Positions 18,720 through 27,591 of a stretch of DNA of 64,000 nucleotides are shown piece by piece. The DNA is from Candidatus Palauibacter sp. (lineage in GTDB: Bacteria; Gemmatimonadota; Gemmatimonadetes; Palauibacterales; Palauibacteraceae). The translations under genes were made by a program, and so were the position numbers. A model generated the notes under the pieces. It saw only the letters and a list, made by a program, of their open reading frames with translations, was not told where the DNA came from and ran no database searches. Position 1 is the stretch's first letter. Each line of letters opens with the position of its first letter. The stretch spans positions 640,155 to 704,154 of the forward strand of contig NZ_CBDBNY010000004.1 of NCBI RefSeq assembly GCF_965208055.1, written 5' to 3'.

Positions 18720-18971
18720 ATGACAAAGACCTTCCAGGATGACGACGGGCGCCGGTGGAAAGCATGGCTCGCTTCGCGCGAGGTTTTCTGGCCGGACCCG
18801 AACGAAAAGGCTCCGCCCGACGATTTCGAGGCGGTCGTGTTCGTTTGTTTCTCCGACCCCCACCAGACCCAGCGGCGGCTTCGGCTCCCGCAGGGTTCGT
18901 TCGAGCAGCTCAGTCTCGATGATCTCAAGAAGCACTTCAAGAAGGCGAAACTCGATCCTGCCATCCGGTAG
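18720..18971 (+). CDS. hypothetical protein (83 aa)
   Basis: ORF MTKTFQDDDGRRWKAWLASREVFWPDP…LDDLKKHFKKAKLDPAIR with an AGAGGTGG SD-like sequence upstream. It is followed by a GC-rich hairpin at 18985-19020. I recognise no family. Confidence 0.45.
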   Translation: MTKTFQDDDGRRWKAWLASREVFWPDPNEKAPPDDFEAVVFVCFSDPHQTQRRLRLPQGSFEQLSLDDLKKHFKKAKLDPAIR

Positions 18972-19115
18972 CCGTCCGTACGCACCCCCGCGTCCCGGCC
19001 GAAGGCGGCCGCGCGGGGGGCTTGCCGCGGACCTGGAACGGGTTTGCGCCTCCCGACCCGGGCGCCCGGGACTCCCTCCGATGTTTACACCGATACCGAA
19101 AGGCCTCGTGACAGA

Positions 19116-20240
19116 ATGACCGCCGCCGCCGGAAAAGGACTGGAAGGCGTCGTCGCCTCGCAGACTTCACTCAGCTTCATCGACGGGCTCAAGGGCATCC
19201 TCGTCTATCGGGGCTACAACATCCACGAACTCGCTCCGAACGTTTCGTTCCCCGAGAGTGTGTTCCTGCTCTGGAACGGACGGCTGCCGAGACGTACGGA
19301 ACTCGACGAGTTCGAGTCGGCTCTCGCCGCCCAACGCGCTCTGGATCCGCGAACCGTGGAAGGCCTGAAGGGTCTCCCGACGGAGACTGTCCCGATGTCG
19401 GCGCTTCGGACAGGAGTCTCCCTCGAGGGCGTGTACGATCCCGATGCCGAGGACAACTCACTCGAGGCAAACCGGCGCAAGGCGGAACGGCTCGTGGCGC
19501 GGACCCCGACCATCATCGCGGCGATACACCGCATTCGGCAGGGGCTGGAGCCGCTGGAGCCCGACCCGACGCTCTCGCTGTCCGCCGACTTCGTGAGGAT
19601 GGCGAACGGCGAGCCGGGCACGGAGGAAGCGGTCGAGGCGCTCGACAGGACGCTCCTCCTCTACCTGGACCACGGGTTCAACGCATCCACGTTCGCCTGT
19701 CGCGTCATCGCCGCCACGCTCGGGGACATGCATTCGGCCGTGACCGGCGGTGTCGGGGCGCTCAAGGGCGAGTTGCACGGCGGAGCGAACGCGAGAGCCA
19801 TGCACACGCTGCTCGAGATCGGCGACCCGGACAACGTCGGGCTGTGGCTCGACAGGGCGTTCGCGGAGAAGCGGAAGATCATGGGCTTCGGCCACCGCGT
19901 CTACAAGACGGAGGATCCGCGGGCGACGCATCTTCGGGAGATGTCGCGCGTGCTCACGCAGCAGGCGGGCCTCGAAAAGTTCTACGAGATGTCCCGCAAG
20001 CTGGAAGACCGGATGATCTCCGAGAAGGGGATCAATCCGAACGTCGACTTCTACTGCGCCACGGTCTACTACGCGCTGGGCATTCCGATCGACCTCTACA
20101 CGCCGCTGTTCGCGATGGGGCGGATGGGCGGCTGGACGGCGCACGTCATGGAGCAGCACGCGGACAACCGGCTCATTCGGCCGCGTGCGGAGTATGTGGG
20201 TGAGATGGACCTGCGCTGGGCGCCGATGGACCAGCGCTGA
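19116..20240 (+). CDS. gltA: citrate synthase (short bacterial type)
   Basis: 374 aa with citrate-synthase motifs (…GFGHRVYKTEDPRA…, …YHGGANE…-like HGGANA). Confidence 0.85.
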   Translation: MTAAAGKGLEGVVASQTSLSFIDGLKGILVYRGYNIHELAPNVSFPESVFLLWNGRLPRRTELDEFESALAAQRALDPRTVEGLKGLPTETVPMSALRTGVSLEGVYDPDAEDNSLEANRRKAERLVARTPTIIAAIHRIRQGLEPLEPDPTLSLSADFVRMANGEPGTEEAVEALDRTLLLYLDHGFNASTFACRVIAATLGDMHSAVTGGVGALKGELHGGANARAMHTLLEIGDPDNVGLWLDRAFAEKRKIMGFGHRVYKTEDPRATHLREMSRVLTQQAGLEKFYEMSRKLEDRMISEKGINPNVDFYCATVYYALGIPIDLYTPLFAMGRMGGWTAHVMEQHADNRLIRPRAEYVGEMDLRWAPMDQR

Positions 20241-20310
20241 GCCGAAGCCGCGGCAAGGGCCGGAGCGGGCCGGAGCCTGCCGCGTCCGGCGCCGGCCATC
20301 ACGCCAACGG

Positions 20311-20356
20311 AAGCGGGCCGCAGGCCTCCACGGCTGCCGAGCCCGCTTCTTTCGTT
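20311..20356 (+). terminator. rho-independent terminator after citrate synthase
   Basis: The stem is AGCGGGCC…GCCCGCT. It is followed by a T-rich tract TTCTTTCGTT. Confidence 0.55.
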
Positions 20357-20387
20357 GAGACAAGCTCGAGAACAAGGTCGAGACAAG
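20357..20387 (+). promoter_or_regulatory. triple direct repeat GAGACAAG-N3-GAGAACAAG-N3-GAGACAAG on the pepA leader
   Basis: Seen directly. The repeat phase is 11-12 bp. The last copy abuts the AAGGAAGG SD of pepA. Confidence 0.4.
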
Positions 20388-20397
20388 GAAGGTGTCG

Positions 20398-21843
20398 ATG
20401 GAGATACGCTCGGGGATACCTGTCGACCGGGAACTGGATGCTCTCGTGGTCCCATGGTTCGATGGCGCGGACGCGACGGGAGAGTGGTGGGAACACCCCG
20501 CCGCTGCCTGGCTGGAGGGCCGTGGAGGCTCCGGGGAGATGTCGGGTTGGGTGCGGCTCGGGGCGCCGGAGACCCCGGATGTCTTCGTCGTCCGCCTGGA
20601 CGCCGGAGCGAGGCCGGTGGCCGAGTCGTGCCGGCGCGCGGCGGGGGCCGGGGCCAGAGCGGCTCGCGAGCGCGGCCTCGGGTCGGTCGGATTCCGCGTC
20701 CCGGAGACGGCGGACGGCGCGGTGTGGCAGGCGTCCGCCGAGGGACTCGCGCTGGGGGACTGGCGTTACGACGGGCTCCGCGACACGGAGGGCCGGGCCG
20801 GCGCACCGGAAGAACGGGTCCTCCTCGCGGGGGGTGAAGCCGGCCGGGATGCCGAGGCCGCGGTGCGGCGGGGGTGTGTGCTCGCCGCGGCGCAGAACGC
20901 CACGCGCGAACTCGTAACGCTGCCGGGCAACGTGGCGACCCCGCGGTACCTCGCAGCCGAGGCGGAGCGCCTGGCGGGAGAGCATGGCTTCCGGGTTGAG
21001 GTGCGGGATCGGGAGCGGCTGGAGGAGGAAGGATTCGGGGGTCTCCTCACCGTGGCCCGCGGGTCCGTCGAGGAGCCGCGCTTCATCGAGATGGAGCATG
21101 AGGGCTCGGGAGGAGATCCGGTCGTCGTGGTCGGCAAGGGCGTGACGTTCGATGCGGGAGGGATCTCGCTCAAGCCCGCCTCGGGCATGGAGGACATGAA
21201 GTACGACATGGCGGGCGCCGCGGCCGTGTTCGGGATCATGATCACGGCGGCGCGCCTCGAAATCCCGCAGCGCGTGATCGGCCTCGTGCCGGCGACGGAA
21301 AACCTTCCGGCTGGGGATGCCGTGAAGCCGGGGGATGTGATCCGCGGGCTCTCGGGCAAATCGATCGAGGTCATCAACACGGACGCGGAGGGTCGCCTCA
21401 TCCTGTCGGACGCACTCACGTACGCCCAGCAGTTGGATCCGGTGGCGATCGTCGACATGGCCACGTTGACCGGGGCCTGCGTCATCGCCCTCGGCCATCA
21501 CGCGGTGGCGGTGCTCGCGAACGACCGGGGTATCGCGGACGAGTTGTCGGAGGCCGGTGAAGCGACGGGTGAACGGACGTGGCCTCTGCCGCTGTGGAAG
21601 GCGTATCGAGCCCAGCTCGACTCCGACATCGCGGACATCAAGAACATCGGTGGCCGAGGCGCGGGCACGATCACCGCGGGCTGGTTCCTGCGCGAGTTCG
21701 TGTCGGACGACGTGCCCTGGGCCCACCTCGACATCGCGGGGACGGCATGGGCGAAGGAGGCGCGCGGCTGGCAGCCGAAGGGTGCCACCGGGGTTGGCGT
21801 CCGGCTCGTCCATGAATGGCTGCGCGTGCGCGAGCGAGGGTGA
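20398..21843 (+). CDS. pepA: leucyl aminopeptidase (M17)
   Basis: M17 active-site region (VVGKGVTFDAGGISLKP…NTDAEGRL). The start is placed at ATG 20398 with an SD 5 nt upstream. The ORF-track GTG is at 20392. Confidence 0.85.
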   Translation: MEIRSGIPVDRELDALVVPWFDGADATGEWWEHPAAAWLEGRGGSGEMSGWVRLGAPETPDVFVVRLDAGARPVAESCRRAAGAGARAARERGLGSVGFRVPETADGAVWQASAEGLALGDWRYDGLRDTEGRAGAPEERVLLAGGEAGRDAEAAVRRGCVLAAAQNATRELVTLPGNVATPRYLAAEAERLAGEHGFRVEVRDRERLEEEGFGGLLTVARGSVEEPRFIEMEHEGSGGDPVVVVGKGVTFDAGGISLKPASGMEDMKYDMAGAAAVFGIMITAARLEIPQRVIGLVPATENLPAGDAVKPGDVIRGLSGKSIEVINTDAEGRLILSDALTYAQQLDPVAIVDMATLTGACVIALGHHAVAVLANDRGIADELSEAGEATGERTWPLPLWKAYRAQLDSDIADIKNIGGRGAGTITAGWFLREFVSDDVPWAHLDIAGTAWAKEARGWQPKGATGVGVRLVHEWLRVRERG

Positions 21844-23672
21844 CGAAGCTCTTCGTCCGCGCCCTCGGCGCGCTGCTGCTCGCGGTTGGGGGCGCCTCTG
21901 CGGCCCACGCCCAGGAGCCGCCGGTCTCGGACAGCCTGGAGGTCGTGCCGGATTCGGTCCTCGCGGCGTTCGCCGACACCACGCCGCGACGGGCACAGAG
22001 CTTTCCGGGGCGGCTGACGGGCCTGCGCGGTCCGACGCACGAGATCTTCGACTGCGACCGGGAGTGCGTGCATGCGTCGCCGTCATTCACTCTCCTCGAA
22101 CTCCTTCTCGAGCGCGTTCCGGGAATCACGGGGGTTCGCGGCGAGTTCTACCAGGGGCCCCACCATGTGTTCGACGGCGGCTTCGGACCCGGGTTCGCGA
22201 CCCTCTACATCGACGGCCGCGAAGTCCTCTCCCTCTCCCGGGCCCAGGCCGACCTCCGGCGCGTGTCGCTGAACTACGTCGACCGGGTGCGCGTGTATCG
22301 CGGCGCGGACGGGCTCGTCATCGATGTCGACCTCATCCGTCACGACGGGGTCCAGGCCTACTCGCGCGTCAGCGGAGTGACCGGAGATCCCCGCTCCGAG
22401 ATCCTCGACGCCGTCTTCGCCAACCGGTTGGGAGGGGCGTCGAACGTGGAAGCCTCGTTCGAGCGGTACGACGTCCAGGACCGGCAGAACAATCAGGACC
22501 GATTCGCGGTACAGGGCCGCTTCTCGTGGATGCCGCGCTCGAACGATTTCGGGGCTCAGTTCGAGTATCGTTCCGAGACCATCGACCGCACCGGGCTCGA
22601 CACGCTCGAGTTCTCGCGCCGGGAATTCGTGCTCCGGACGCGGGCGAACCTCGGGGAGCGGGCCCAGGTTGAAGCCTACGGGCAGGCCACGAGCTTCACG
22701 GATGTCGTCGACAACCTCCCGGACAGCATATCGCCGCCCCAGCGGGGCGCGGATGGCGTCGGCCTGCGATTCTCGGCGCGACCCGGATCGGGGGCGGTGT
22801 CGATGGGCCTCCGCTTCGCCGGGCGCGACGCCTACGCATCGCGCCTTGCGGACTTCTCCGCTTGGCAGCCCATCGGTCCCTTCGCGCTCGAAGGCGGAGC
22901 GGAACTCGCGAGTTGGAACGAGTTTCCCACGAAATCATGGCGGGCGGGGCTGGCCTTCCGGGAGACGCTCCTCTTTCCGATCGAGCTGAGGGCGTTCACG
23001 GCGGAGGGCGCGCGCGGCATCGGCTTTCCCCAACATGCCATGCTCGACAGCCTCGAGACCTCGGAATTCGTGCTCGCGGACAGCGTCCGGTTCGACTCCC
23101 GCGGCGCCTCGGCGGCCTTCGCGATCGGGCCGTTCAACCTTTCCGGGCGCTACTCGGAGCAGCGGATGGACCGGCAGTTCGGCTTCGGCGCGCCCTTCGA
23201 CCGGCTCGTCGTCGCGGACACGGGGGAGGTGGACGTCACATCGCTGGAGGCGCGCTTCGACGGGCCGGTCGTGCCGCTCGGCGTGCTGCTTCGGGGCGTG
23301 GAGCCGATCCGCCTGCGCGCTTCGTGGCGGAAGTTCGATTCCCGTGGCGCCGAGACCCTCTTTCTCCCCGAACGCCTGTTCCGCACGGAGCTATACCTGT
23401 ACGACACCTTCTTCGAGGAGAACCTCCGAATCTGGGTGTCCGTGTTCATCGACCGGCGGGGCGCGCGGCTGGTCCCGGTGCCCGGCTCGCCCGACCCGGC
23501 GATGCTGGACGCCGACAGCTGGATGGGGGGGCACCTGATGTTCAAGATCGGCGACTTTCGGTTCTTCTGGCGTTTCGGCAACCTGGGCGGGGACGAGATC
23601 GGAGATTTCGAGGGAGCACTGTTCCCCCGGCGGCTCAACGTGTTCGGTCTTCGCTGGGAGTTCTTCAATTGA
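21840..23672 (+). CDS. outer-membrane beta-barrel protein with TonB-dependent-receptor plug-like domain (short, ~610 aa)
   Basis: GTG start overlaps the pepA stop (GTGA). It has a signal peptide (LGALLLAVGGASAAHA|QE). A plug-like block follows (LLERVPGITGVRGEF…LYIDGREVL…VDRVRVYRGADG), and the C-terminus ends …GLRWEFFN. Confidence 0.65.
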   Translation: MTKLFVRALGALLLAVGGASAAHAQEPPVSDSLEVVPDSVLAAFADTTPRRAQSFPGRLTGLRGPTHEIFDCDRECVHASPSFTLLELLLERVPGITGVRGEFYQGPHHVFDGGFGPGFATLYIDGREVLSLSRAQADLRRVSLNYVDRVRVYRGADGLVIDVDLIRHDGVQAYSRVSGVTGDPRSEILDAVFANRLGGASNVEASFERYDVQDRQNNQDRFAVQGRFSWMPRSNDFGAQFEYRSETIDRTGLDTLEFSRREFVLRTRANLGERAQVEAYGQATSFTDVVDNLPDSISPPQRGADGVGLRFSARPGSGAVSMGLRFAGRDAYASRLADFSAWQPIGPFALEGGAELASWNEFPTKSWRAGLAFRETLLFPIELRAFTAEGARGIGFPQHAMLDSLETSEFVLADSVRFDSRGASAAFAIGPFNLSGRYSEQRMDRQFGFGAPFDRLVVADTGEVDVTSLEARFDGPVVPLGVLLRGVEPIRLRASWRKFDSRGAETLFLPERLFRTELYLYDTFFEENLRIWVSVFIDRRGARLVPVPGSPDPAMLDADSWMGGHLMFKIGDFRFFWRFGNLGGDEIGDFEGALFPRRLNVFGLRWEFFN

Positions 23673-23703
23673 TCCACCGGGCGCCGCTTCGGGAGACATC
23701 GAC

Positions 23704-24585
23704 GTGATTCGCAGCATGACCGGCTACGGCTCGGCGACCGTGACGGGGGAGAGCGGGGCGGTCACGGTCGAAGCGCGCTCGGTGAATTCCCGGGGGCTGA
23801 AGGTCGTGGTGAAGGCGCCCCCCGGAGAAGAGCGCTGGGAAAGCGAGCTTCGCGCCCTCGCCGAAGCCCGGGCCCGCCGCGGCCGCCTGGACCTGTTCGT
23901 CCGGGTGGAGAACATGCCGGACGCTGGAGGCACGACCCTGGATGAGGCGCGCGTGCGGGAAGTACTCGATGCGTGCGCCCGGCTCCGGGATGACTTCGGC
24001 GTGTCCGGCGAACCGGACATGGCTTCGCTGCTGCGCGTGGGCGGCATCTTCCGGAAGGCGGGCGGTGAGGGCACGGAGTTCGAACCGGACGTGGACGATG
24101 TGAAGCAGGCCGCGGCGGACGCGCTCGACCTGCTGGTGGAGATGCGGGATCGGGAAGGGGCTCGGCTGGAGGTCGATCTTCGAGGGCGGCTGGCGGGCAT
24201 CCGGAGCGCCGTCGATGGTGCGGAGGCGCTGGCGCCGGAACGCCTCGAACGTGAACGCCGCCGGCTTCGCGATGCGGTCGACGGCCTGGTCGGAAAGAGC
24301 CTGGATGAGGATCGGCTGACGCGCGAGATCGCGCTCATCGCCGACCGCTGGGAGATCAGCGAGGAACTGGTGCGGGCCCGCTCGCATGTGGAGGCCTTCG
24401 AAGAGTTTCTGGAGGCCCCGGTCGACGAGCCGGTGGGACGGCGGCTCGGCTTTCTCGTTCAGGAGTTGCAGCGCGAAGTCAACACGCTGGGCGCAAAGGC
24501 GAACGACCCCCGCATCTCGCGACTCGTGGTGGAGGCCAAGAACGAGATCGAGAGGCTCCGGGAGCAGGTGGAGAACGTCGAGTGA
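23704..24585 (+). CDS. yicC: YicC family stress-induced protein
   Basis: N-terminus MIRSMTGYGSA is identical in pattern to E. coli YicC. A DUF1732-like C-terminus is present. Confidence 0.85.
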   Translation: MIRSMTGYGSATVTGESGAVTVEARSVNSRGLKVVVKAPPGEERWESELRALAEARARRGRLDLFVRVENMPDAGGTTLDEARVREVLDACARLRDDFGVSGEPDMASLLRVGGIFRKAGGEGTEFEPDVDDVKQAAADALDLLVEMRDREGARLEVDLRGRLAGIRSAVDGAEALAPERLERERRRLRDAVDGLVGKSLDEDRLTREIALIADRWEISEELVRARSHVEAFEEFLEAPVDEPVGRRLGFLVQELQREVNTLGAKANDPRISRLVVEAKNEIERLREQVENVE

Positions 24586-25247
24586 GCCCCGCGGCATCCG
24601 GGGCCGGTACCCTCTTTCCCGTCATTCTCTCCGGACCTTCCGGAGCCGGGAAGACGACGATCCGCGATCGGTTGCTCGCCGACGCCGGCTCCCCCGGATT
24701 CCTGTTCTCGGTCTCGATGACGACGAGAGCGCCGCGTGCGCGAGAACGGGATGGCGTGGACTACCGGTTCGTCTCGCGGACCCGGTTCGAGGCGCTGGTG
24801 GACGCGGGGGCGATGCTCGAATACGCGACCGTCCACGGTGAACGCTACGGGACGCCGCGCGACAATCTCGAGCGGGCGCGGAACGCGGGCGCCCATCTCC
24901 TGCTGGACATCGACGTGCAGGGGGCTCGGCAGGTGTGGGAGGCCGTCGCGGACGTCCTCTCGATCTTCATCGTCCCACCCACGGGGGAACGGATTGCGCG
25001 GCAACTGCGGGGGCGGGGCAGCGAAAATCCGGAGCAACTTCGGCGCCGGCTCACGAACGCGCGTTCGGAGCTGCGCGCCGCGGAGGAGTTCGATCGTCTC
25101 GTCGTCAATGACCGGATCGAGGACGCGGTCGCCGAAGTGTCGGCGCTCGTCGCGAAAGGACTCGTGCCCCCTCACCGCCTCGAGTCGGCAGAGCGGCGAT
25201 ACGTGAAACGCATCATCGGGGAAATCGGGGAGTTGGATACCCTTTGA
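24582..25247 (+). CDS. gmk: guanylate kinase
   Basis: P-loop SGPSGAGKTT followed by a guanylate-kinase fold. GTGA overlap with yicC. Confidence 0.85.
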   Translation: MSPAASGAGTLFPVILSGPSGAGKTTIRDRLLADAGSPGFLFSVSMTTRAPRARERDGVDYRFVSRTRFEALVDAGAMLEYATVHGERYGTPRDNLERARNAGAHLLLDIDVQGARQVWEAVADVLSIFIVPPTGERIARQLRGRGSENPEQLRRRLTNARSELRAAEEFDRLVVNDRIEDAVAEVSALVAKGLVPPHRLESAERRYVKRIIGEIGELDTL

Positions 25248-25347
25248 CGCATGTGGTAGATTCCCGAACGGGCGCGGTCCGGCCGGGACCGCCGCGCGGA
25301 ATGCCATGGACAGCGCTGGACCCTGAGGGTCGAGGGAGAGAAATAGA

Positions 25348-25569
25348 ATGAAGGTGTTTACGCCGGACGCCGTGGCGAAGGCGGCGACCAACAAGTATCT
25401 GGGCGTACTCGTCGCCGCGAAGTATGCGCGCGAACTCAACGCCCTCCCGTTGGAGCGCTCGCCATACGGCGCGGAGAAGCTGACGACGGTCGCCGCGGAC
25501 GCGCTGACCTCGGAAGAAAAGAAGCTGCAATACCGGCTCGTCCGGGCGCGCCCCACCCTGATGCCCTAG
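25348..25569 (+). CDS. rpoZ: DNA-directed RNA polymerase subunit omega
   Basis: 73-aa protein (NKYLGVLVAAKYARELN) in the canonical yicC-gmk-rpoZ-coaBC context. An SD sequence GAGGGAGAG lies upstream. Confidence 0.8.
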   Translation: MKVFTPDAVAKAATNKYLGVLVAAKYARELNALPLERSPYGAEKLTTVAADALTSEEKKLQYRLVRARPTLMP

Positions 25570-25585
25570 CGCACCCGGCGCCTCC

Positions 25586-26803
25586 GTGCGGCCTTTCGAT
25601 GGTCGTCGCGTGTTGCTCGTCGTGTCCGGCGGGATCGCCGCGTACAAGAGCGCGATCCTCACCCGCCGCCTGATCGAGGCCGGCGCCGGGGTCGAGGTCA
25701 TCCTGACCGCAGCGGCCGAGCGCTTCATCGGACGCGTTACTTTCGAGGGGATGACCGGCCGCCCGGCACACGCGTCGCTGTGGGACCGGCCCATGGCGCA
25801 TCTGGATCTCGGGCTCGAGGCCGATGTGGTCGTGGTCGCGCCCGCGACGGCCAACCTCATCTCCCGGCTGGCGGCCGGCGCCGCGGACGACCTGGCGACG
25901 ACCGCCGTGCTGGCTTCGCCGGCTCCGGTGATCGTCTGTCCCGCAATGAACACGCGGATGTGGGAGCATCCGATCACGCAGGCGAACGTCGCGCGGCTGG
26001 CCGAGGTCGGCTACGCGATCGCCGGGCCGGCCGATGGGCCGCTCGCGGAAGGGGAAAGCGGGCCGGGGCGGCTGCTGGAGCCGGAGGAGATTCTGCCGCG
26101 CATCGGGCGGGCGCTGGAGACGGCGACCGGTCTGCGCGGGCGGAAGGTCGTCGCCACGGCGGGGCCGACCAGAGCCGCGCTGGATCCCGTCCGCTTCATC
26201 TCGAACCGCTCCTCGGGCCGCATGGGGTTCGCGCTCGCCGCGGCGGCCTGGCGGCGTGGGGCCGAGGTCACGCTCATCAGCGGGCCCGGCCGGATGCCGC
26301 GACCCCCGGGGCCCGGCGCGGTGGAGGTCGAGACGGCCGGCGAGATGCTGGCTGCGCTGGAGACGGCGTTGACGGATGCCGACATCCTTCTGATGGCTGC
26401 AGCCGTCGGCGATTTCGAGCCCATCGACCCGGCGCCCTCGAAGATCAAAAAAACGAACCGGACCGGGAACGCGTTCGATCTCGCGCTCCGGGCGGGACCG
26501 GATTTGCTGATGGAGACGCGGACGTTCCGCGAACGGAAGGGCATCTTTACTCTGGGTTTCGCGCTCGAGACGGAGGATGCTGTTGCCCGCGGCCGAGAGA
26601 AGCTCGAGCGGAAGGGCATGCATCTCGTTGCGGTGAACTCGGCCGTGGAGCCCGGCGCGGGATTCGAGTCCAAGACGAACCGCATCACGCTGATCGACCG
26701 GAGCGGCAGGGTCGAGGAGTTGCCTTTGGCGGAGAAGACCGAGTTGGCGGACGAGTTGCTCGATCGGATCGAAGCCGCGTTCCCGGCGGCGGTAGAGGGG
26801 TGA
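25586..26803 (+). CDS. coaBC: bifunctional phosphopantothenoylcysteine decarboxylase/phosphopantothenate-cysteine ligase
   Basis: Flavoprotein N-domain (LLVVSGGIAAYKS) and CoaB C-domain. 405 aa. Confidence 0.85.
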   Translation: MRPFDGRRVLLVVSGGIAAYKSAILTRRLIEAGAGVEVILTAAAERFIGRVTFEGMTGRPAHASLWDRPMAHLDLGLEADVVVVAPATANLISRLAAGAADDLATTAVLASPAPVIVCPAMNTRMWEHPITQANVARLAEVGYAIAGPADGPLAEGESGPGRLLEPEEILPRIGRALETATGLRGRKVVATAGPTRAALDPVRFISNRSSGRMGFALAAAAWRRGAEVTLISGPGRMPRPPGPGAVEVETAGEMLAALETALTDADILLMAAAVGDFEPIDPAPSKIKKTNRTGNAFDLALRAGPDLLMETRTFRERKGIFTLGFALETEDAVARGREKLERKGMHLVAVNSAVEPGAGFESKTNRITLIDRSGRVEELPLAEKTELADELLDRIEAAFPAAVEG

Positions 26804-27591
26804 ACCCGCCGGATGCCGGGGCCCGGGCGCTCGCGCAGGCTTTTCTGGAGCAGACGCTCTCCGCGGAGGGGAATGCGCTCATGCTGGAACATGCGACGCG
26901 CGAAGAGGTCGTCCGCCGTCTGGCCTCCGCCGGGCGCGCGGCGCGAGGGGGCGCTGTCACTCCGGGCGCGAGGACGAGCCCCGACGCCGCGGCAACGGGG
27001 CCGAAGATCGCGGAGGCGCCGGATCTGGAGACGCTGGCCGCACTCGTCGCCTCCTGCTCTCGCTGCACGCTTCATGAATCGCGAAAGAACCCGGTCTTCG
27101 GGGAGGGGGCGGCGGACGCCCGCGTCGTGTGCGTGGGGGAGGCGCCCGGGGCGCGAGAGGATGAAACCGGCCGCCCCTTCGTCGGCCGGGCGGGCCACCT
27201 GCTCGACCGGCTGCTGATGTCGATCGGGCTTCCGCGAACGTCCGTGTACATCTGCAACGTGCTGAAGTCCCGACCGCCCAGGAACCGCGACCCGCTCCCC
27301 GAGGAGGTCGCAGCCTGCGCTCCCTACCTCCTGAGGCAACTCGCGCTCATCGAACCCGAGGTGATCATCGCCTTCGGCGCCTTCGCCGCCCGCACGCTGC
27401 TCGAAACGAAATCCGCGCTGGGCCGGCTCCGAGGCACCGTTCATCGCTATTCCGGGTACCCCGTCGTCGCCACGTACCACCCGGCGGCGTTGCTCCGCAA
27501 CCCGGCCTGGATCCGGCCGACGTGGGAGGACCTGCAGATCGTGCGCGGCATGCTCGATGGCGTGGAAGATCGCGAGGCCCGTATTGGTTGA
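26800..27591 (+). CDS. uracil-DNA glycosylase, family 4
   Basis: Family-4 UDG motifs (GEGAADARVVCVGEAPG…ETGRPFVG; …HPAALLR). GTGA overlap with coaBC. ATG 26881 is the alternative start. Confidence 0.75.
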   Translation: MNPPDAGARALAQAFLEQTLSAEGNALMLEHATREEVVRRLASAGRAARGGAVTPGARTSPDAAATGPKIAEAPDLETLAALVASCSRCTLHESRKNPVFGEGAADARVVCVGEAPGAREDETGRPFVGRAGHLLDRLLMSIGLPRTSVYICNVLKSRPPRNRDPLPEEVAACAPYLLRQLALIEPEVIIAFGAFAARTLLETKSALGRLRGTVHRYSGYPVVATYHPAALLRNPAWIRPTWEDLQIVRGMLDGVEDREARIG

